The notes under the pieces: generated by a model
What the model saw: only the letters and a program-made list of their open reading frames with translations
Databases searched by the model: none
Told to the model about the DNA's origin: nothing
In this document: positions 62,395-64,000 of the stretch, piece by piece
Position numbering within the stretch: the first letter of the stretch is position 1
Layout of the letters: every line of letters begins with the position of its first letter
Assembly: GCA_963814585.1 (NCBI GenBank)
Contig: CAWFDF010000004.1
Span: 256,001-320,000 of the forward strand
DNA: 64,000 nt
Reading direction: 5' to 3'
DNA from: an uncultured delta proteobacterium
Lineage (GTDB): Bacteria; Myxococcota; Myxococcia; Myxococcales; Anaeromyxobacteraceae
Made by a program: the position numbers and the translations under genes

Positions 62395-64000
62395 TACTTC
62401 ACCTGAACCGTCACGGTCGCGGCGTTGGAGCGCGCGCCGGCGTCGTCCTTCACCGTGTAGGCGAAGGAGTCGGTCCCCACGAACCTCCGCTTCGGCGTGT
62501 AGGTCACCGTCCCGTTGCTCTTCCTGGTCACCGAGCCGTTCCGGGGCGAGGTGACGATGGTGAGGGTGCTGGGCACGATGGCCCCATCCACGTCGCCGTC
62601 GTTGGCCAGCACCGCCACGTTCACGGCCACGTTGCGGGGCGTCGTGGCGGCGTCGGCGACGGCGACGGGCGGGTCGTTGACCGCGGTGACCGAGATGGAG
62701 ACCGTGGCGGCCGCGCTCTGCTGCGTGCCGTCGCTGGCCAGGTAGGAGAAGGAATCGGGCCCGCTGAAGTTCGGCGCCGGCGTGTAGATGAAGCCGCCGC
62801 TGGCCTGGAGGGTGAGCGTGCCGTGGGTGGGTCCGGCGACCAGGACCGCGGACAGCGGCTGGCCCGAGGGCGCGGCGTCGTTCACCAGGACGCCGGGCGA
62901 ACCGACCGCCAGCGTGACGTCCTCGGAGACGGCGTACGCGTCGTCCCCCGCCGTGGGCGGCGCCGGGGGCGGTGGAGGAGGCGGCGGCGGTGGAGGCGGC
63001 GGTGGTGGTGGAGGCGGTGGCGGCCCTGCGAGCAGCGCGTCGTACGCCGCCCCGGCGTGCACCCAGCCGGAGCCGAAGACGTCGTCCGGCCCGGCCGCGC
63101 CCAGGTCGGTGGCCGACTGCTTCAGGGCCACTCCGATGGCCTCCGCGGGGGACGCCGGGAACGCCCCGGCCAGCAGCGCAGCGACGCCCGTGACGTGGGG
63201 CGCCGCCACCGAGGTCCCGCTCACGCCGGCGTAGAAGGCGTAGAGGTCCGAGGTGAGGACGTTGACCCCGGGCGCCACCAGGTCGGGGTAGGTGGCGCCG
63301 CCGCAGGCCGATGGGCCCCGGCTGCTGTCGAACGCGATGCTCCCCAGGTCGTTGGTGGCCCCCACCGAGAGCGCCTCGGGGTAGTTGGCCGGGCTCACGC
63401 TGGTGGCGGCGCCCGGGCCGAAGTTGCCGGCGGCGAAGACCGGGAGGATCCCGGCGGCCCGCAGCGCCTGGAGGTCGGCCTGGAACTCGAGGTTGCACCC
63501 GGGCGAACCGAAGCTCCAGGAGCCGTTGACGATGTCGGGGGCGTCGTCGGTGGCGGGGTCGCCATCGGGATCGAGCGACCACTGGAAGGCGGCGTGGATG
63601 GCGCTGGCGGTGGCCGACCCGGCGTCGCTGAAGATCTTGGCGGCGATCCAGGTGGCGCCGGGGCGACGCCGATGGTGGTCCCGCCGGCGTCCCCGCCGAC
63701 GATGACGCCCAGGGTCCAGGTGCCGTGGCCGCTGGGATCGTACGGGGCCGCGTGCTGGCCATACGGATCGAACCAGCTGTTGGCGCCGCCGCGCCACCTG
63801 GACGCGAGGTCCGGGTGGCTCGCGTCCGCGCCGCTGTCGAGGGTGGCCACCACCACGCCGTCTCCCGTGAAGCCCAGGCTCCAGAGCTCCGGCGCGTGGG
63901 TGGCCGTGACGTTGGCCTCCGGCGGCCCCGCCGGCGGGGTGCCATTCGGCACGACGGCGACGGCGTCGAGCGTCACCGCCTCCACCGCCGGCAGGGCGGC
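62394..64000 (-). CDS. S8 subtilisin-like serine protease with poly-Pro linker and two cadherin-like/Ig (Big_9-type) domains; 5' end truncated by the window, one frameshift at ~63660
   Basis: Catalytic triad VATLDSG (D), GHGTWTLG (H), SGTSVAAPHV (S), oxyanion AAGN; YTPAPNFSGPDSFSY..VNDPPVAVAD. IGVAPGATW is split by a missing base in the G run 63660-63663. Confidence 0.88.
   Translation of the reverse strand, partial: RPAGGGGGDARRRRRRAEWHPAGGAAGGQRHGHPRAGALEPGLHGRRRGGGHPRQRRGREPPGPRVQVARRRQQLVRSVWPARGPVRSQRPRHLDPGRHRRRGRRRDHHRRRPGATWIAAKIFSDAGSATASAIHAAFQWSLDPDGDPATDDAPDIVNGSWSFGSPGCNLEFQADLQALRAAGILPVFAAGNFGPGAATSVSPANYPEALSVGATNDLGSIAFDSSRGPSACGGATYPDLVAPGVNVLTSDLYAFYAGVSGTSVAAPHVTGVAALLAGAFPASPAEAIGVALKQSATDLGAAGPDDVFGSGWVHAGAAYDALLAGPPPPPPPPPPPPPPPPPPPPAPPTAGDDAYAVSEDVTLAVGSPGVLVNDAAPSGQPLSAVLVAGPTHGTLTLQASGGFIYTPAPNFSGPDSFSYLASDGTQQSAAATVSISVTAVNDPPVAVADAATTPRNVAVNVAVLANDGDVDGAIVPSTLTIVTSPRNGSVTRKSNGTVTYTPKRRFVGTDSFAYTVKDDAGARSNAATVTVQVK

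Overview
Very GC-rich bacterial window; gene content and codon style suggest an Anaeromyxobacter-like member of the Myxococcota (inference). It is mostly metabolic. Three separate amine/polyamine loci are present. (1) 1-13.4 kb: a PAS sigma-54 activator, gabD, a large NAD-glutamate dehydrogenase, gabT, potFGHI and a DUF3138 porin. (2) 30.3-35.2 kb: a PuuR-like repressor divergent from mmsA, a class III aminotransferase and a PuuB-like FAD oxidoreductase. (3) 54.5-61.1 kb: a HemL-like aminotransferase, a Lat-like aminotransferase fused to a GNAT-like domain, an aldehyde dehydrogenase and a saccharopine dehydrogenase-like enzyme. The strongest signal read directly from the DNA is a shared regulatory code: three exact sigma-54 promoters (TGGCAC, GG-N10-GC), each 130-190 bp downstream of the same CCATGC-N6-GCAT dyad. 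This links the gab, pot and distant lat-GNAT operons into one probable regulon. Also present: a tungsten aldehyde oxidoreductase/cofactor cluster (tupBC, moeA, two AORs, two MoaD-like carriers, ThiF/MoeB), an RND pump, tldD/pmbA, an ECF sigma/anti-sigma/Spy-like trio, serS with tRNA-Ser, tRNA-Ser and tRNA-Arg, a P-type ATPase divergent from an NhaR-like regulator, and a truncated S8 protease. Three single-base frameshifts in short G/C runs look like sequencing errors. No CRISPR array, IS element, integrase or prophage was seen.
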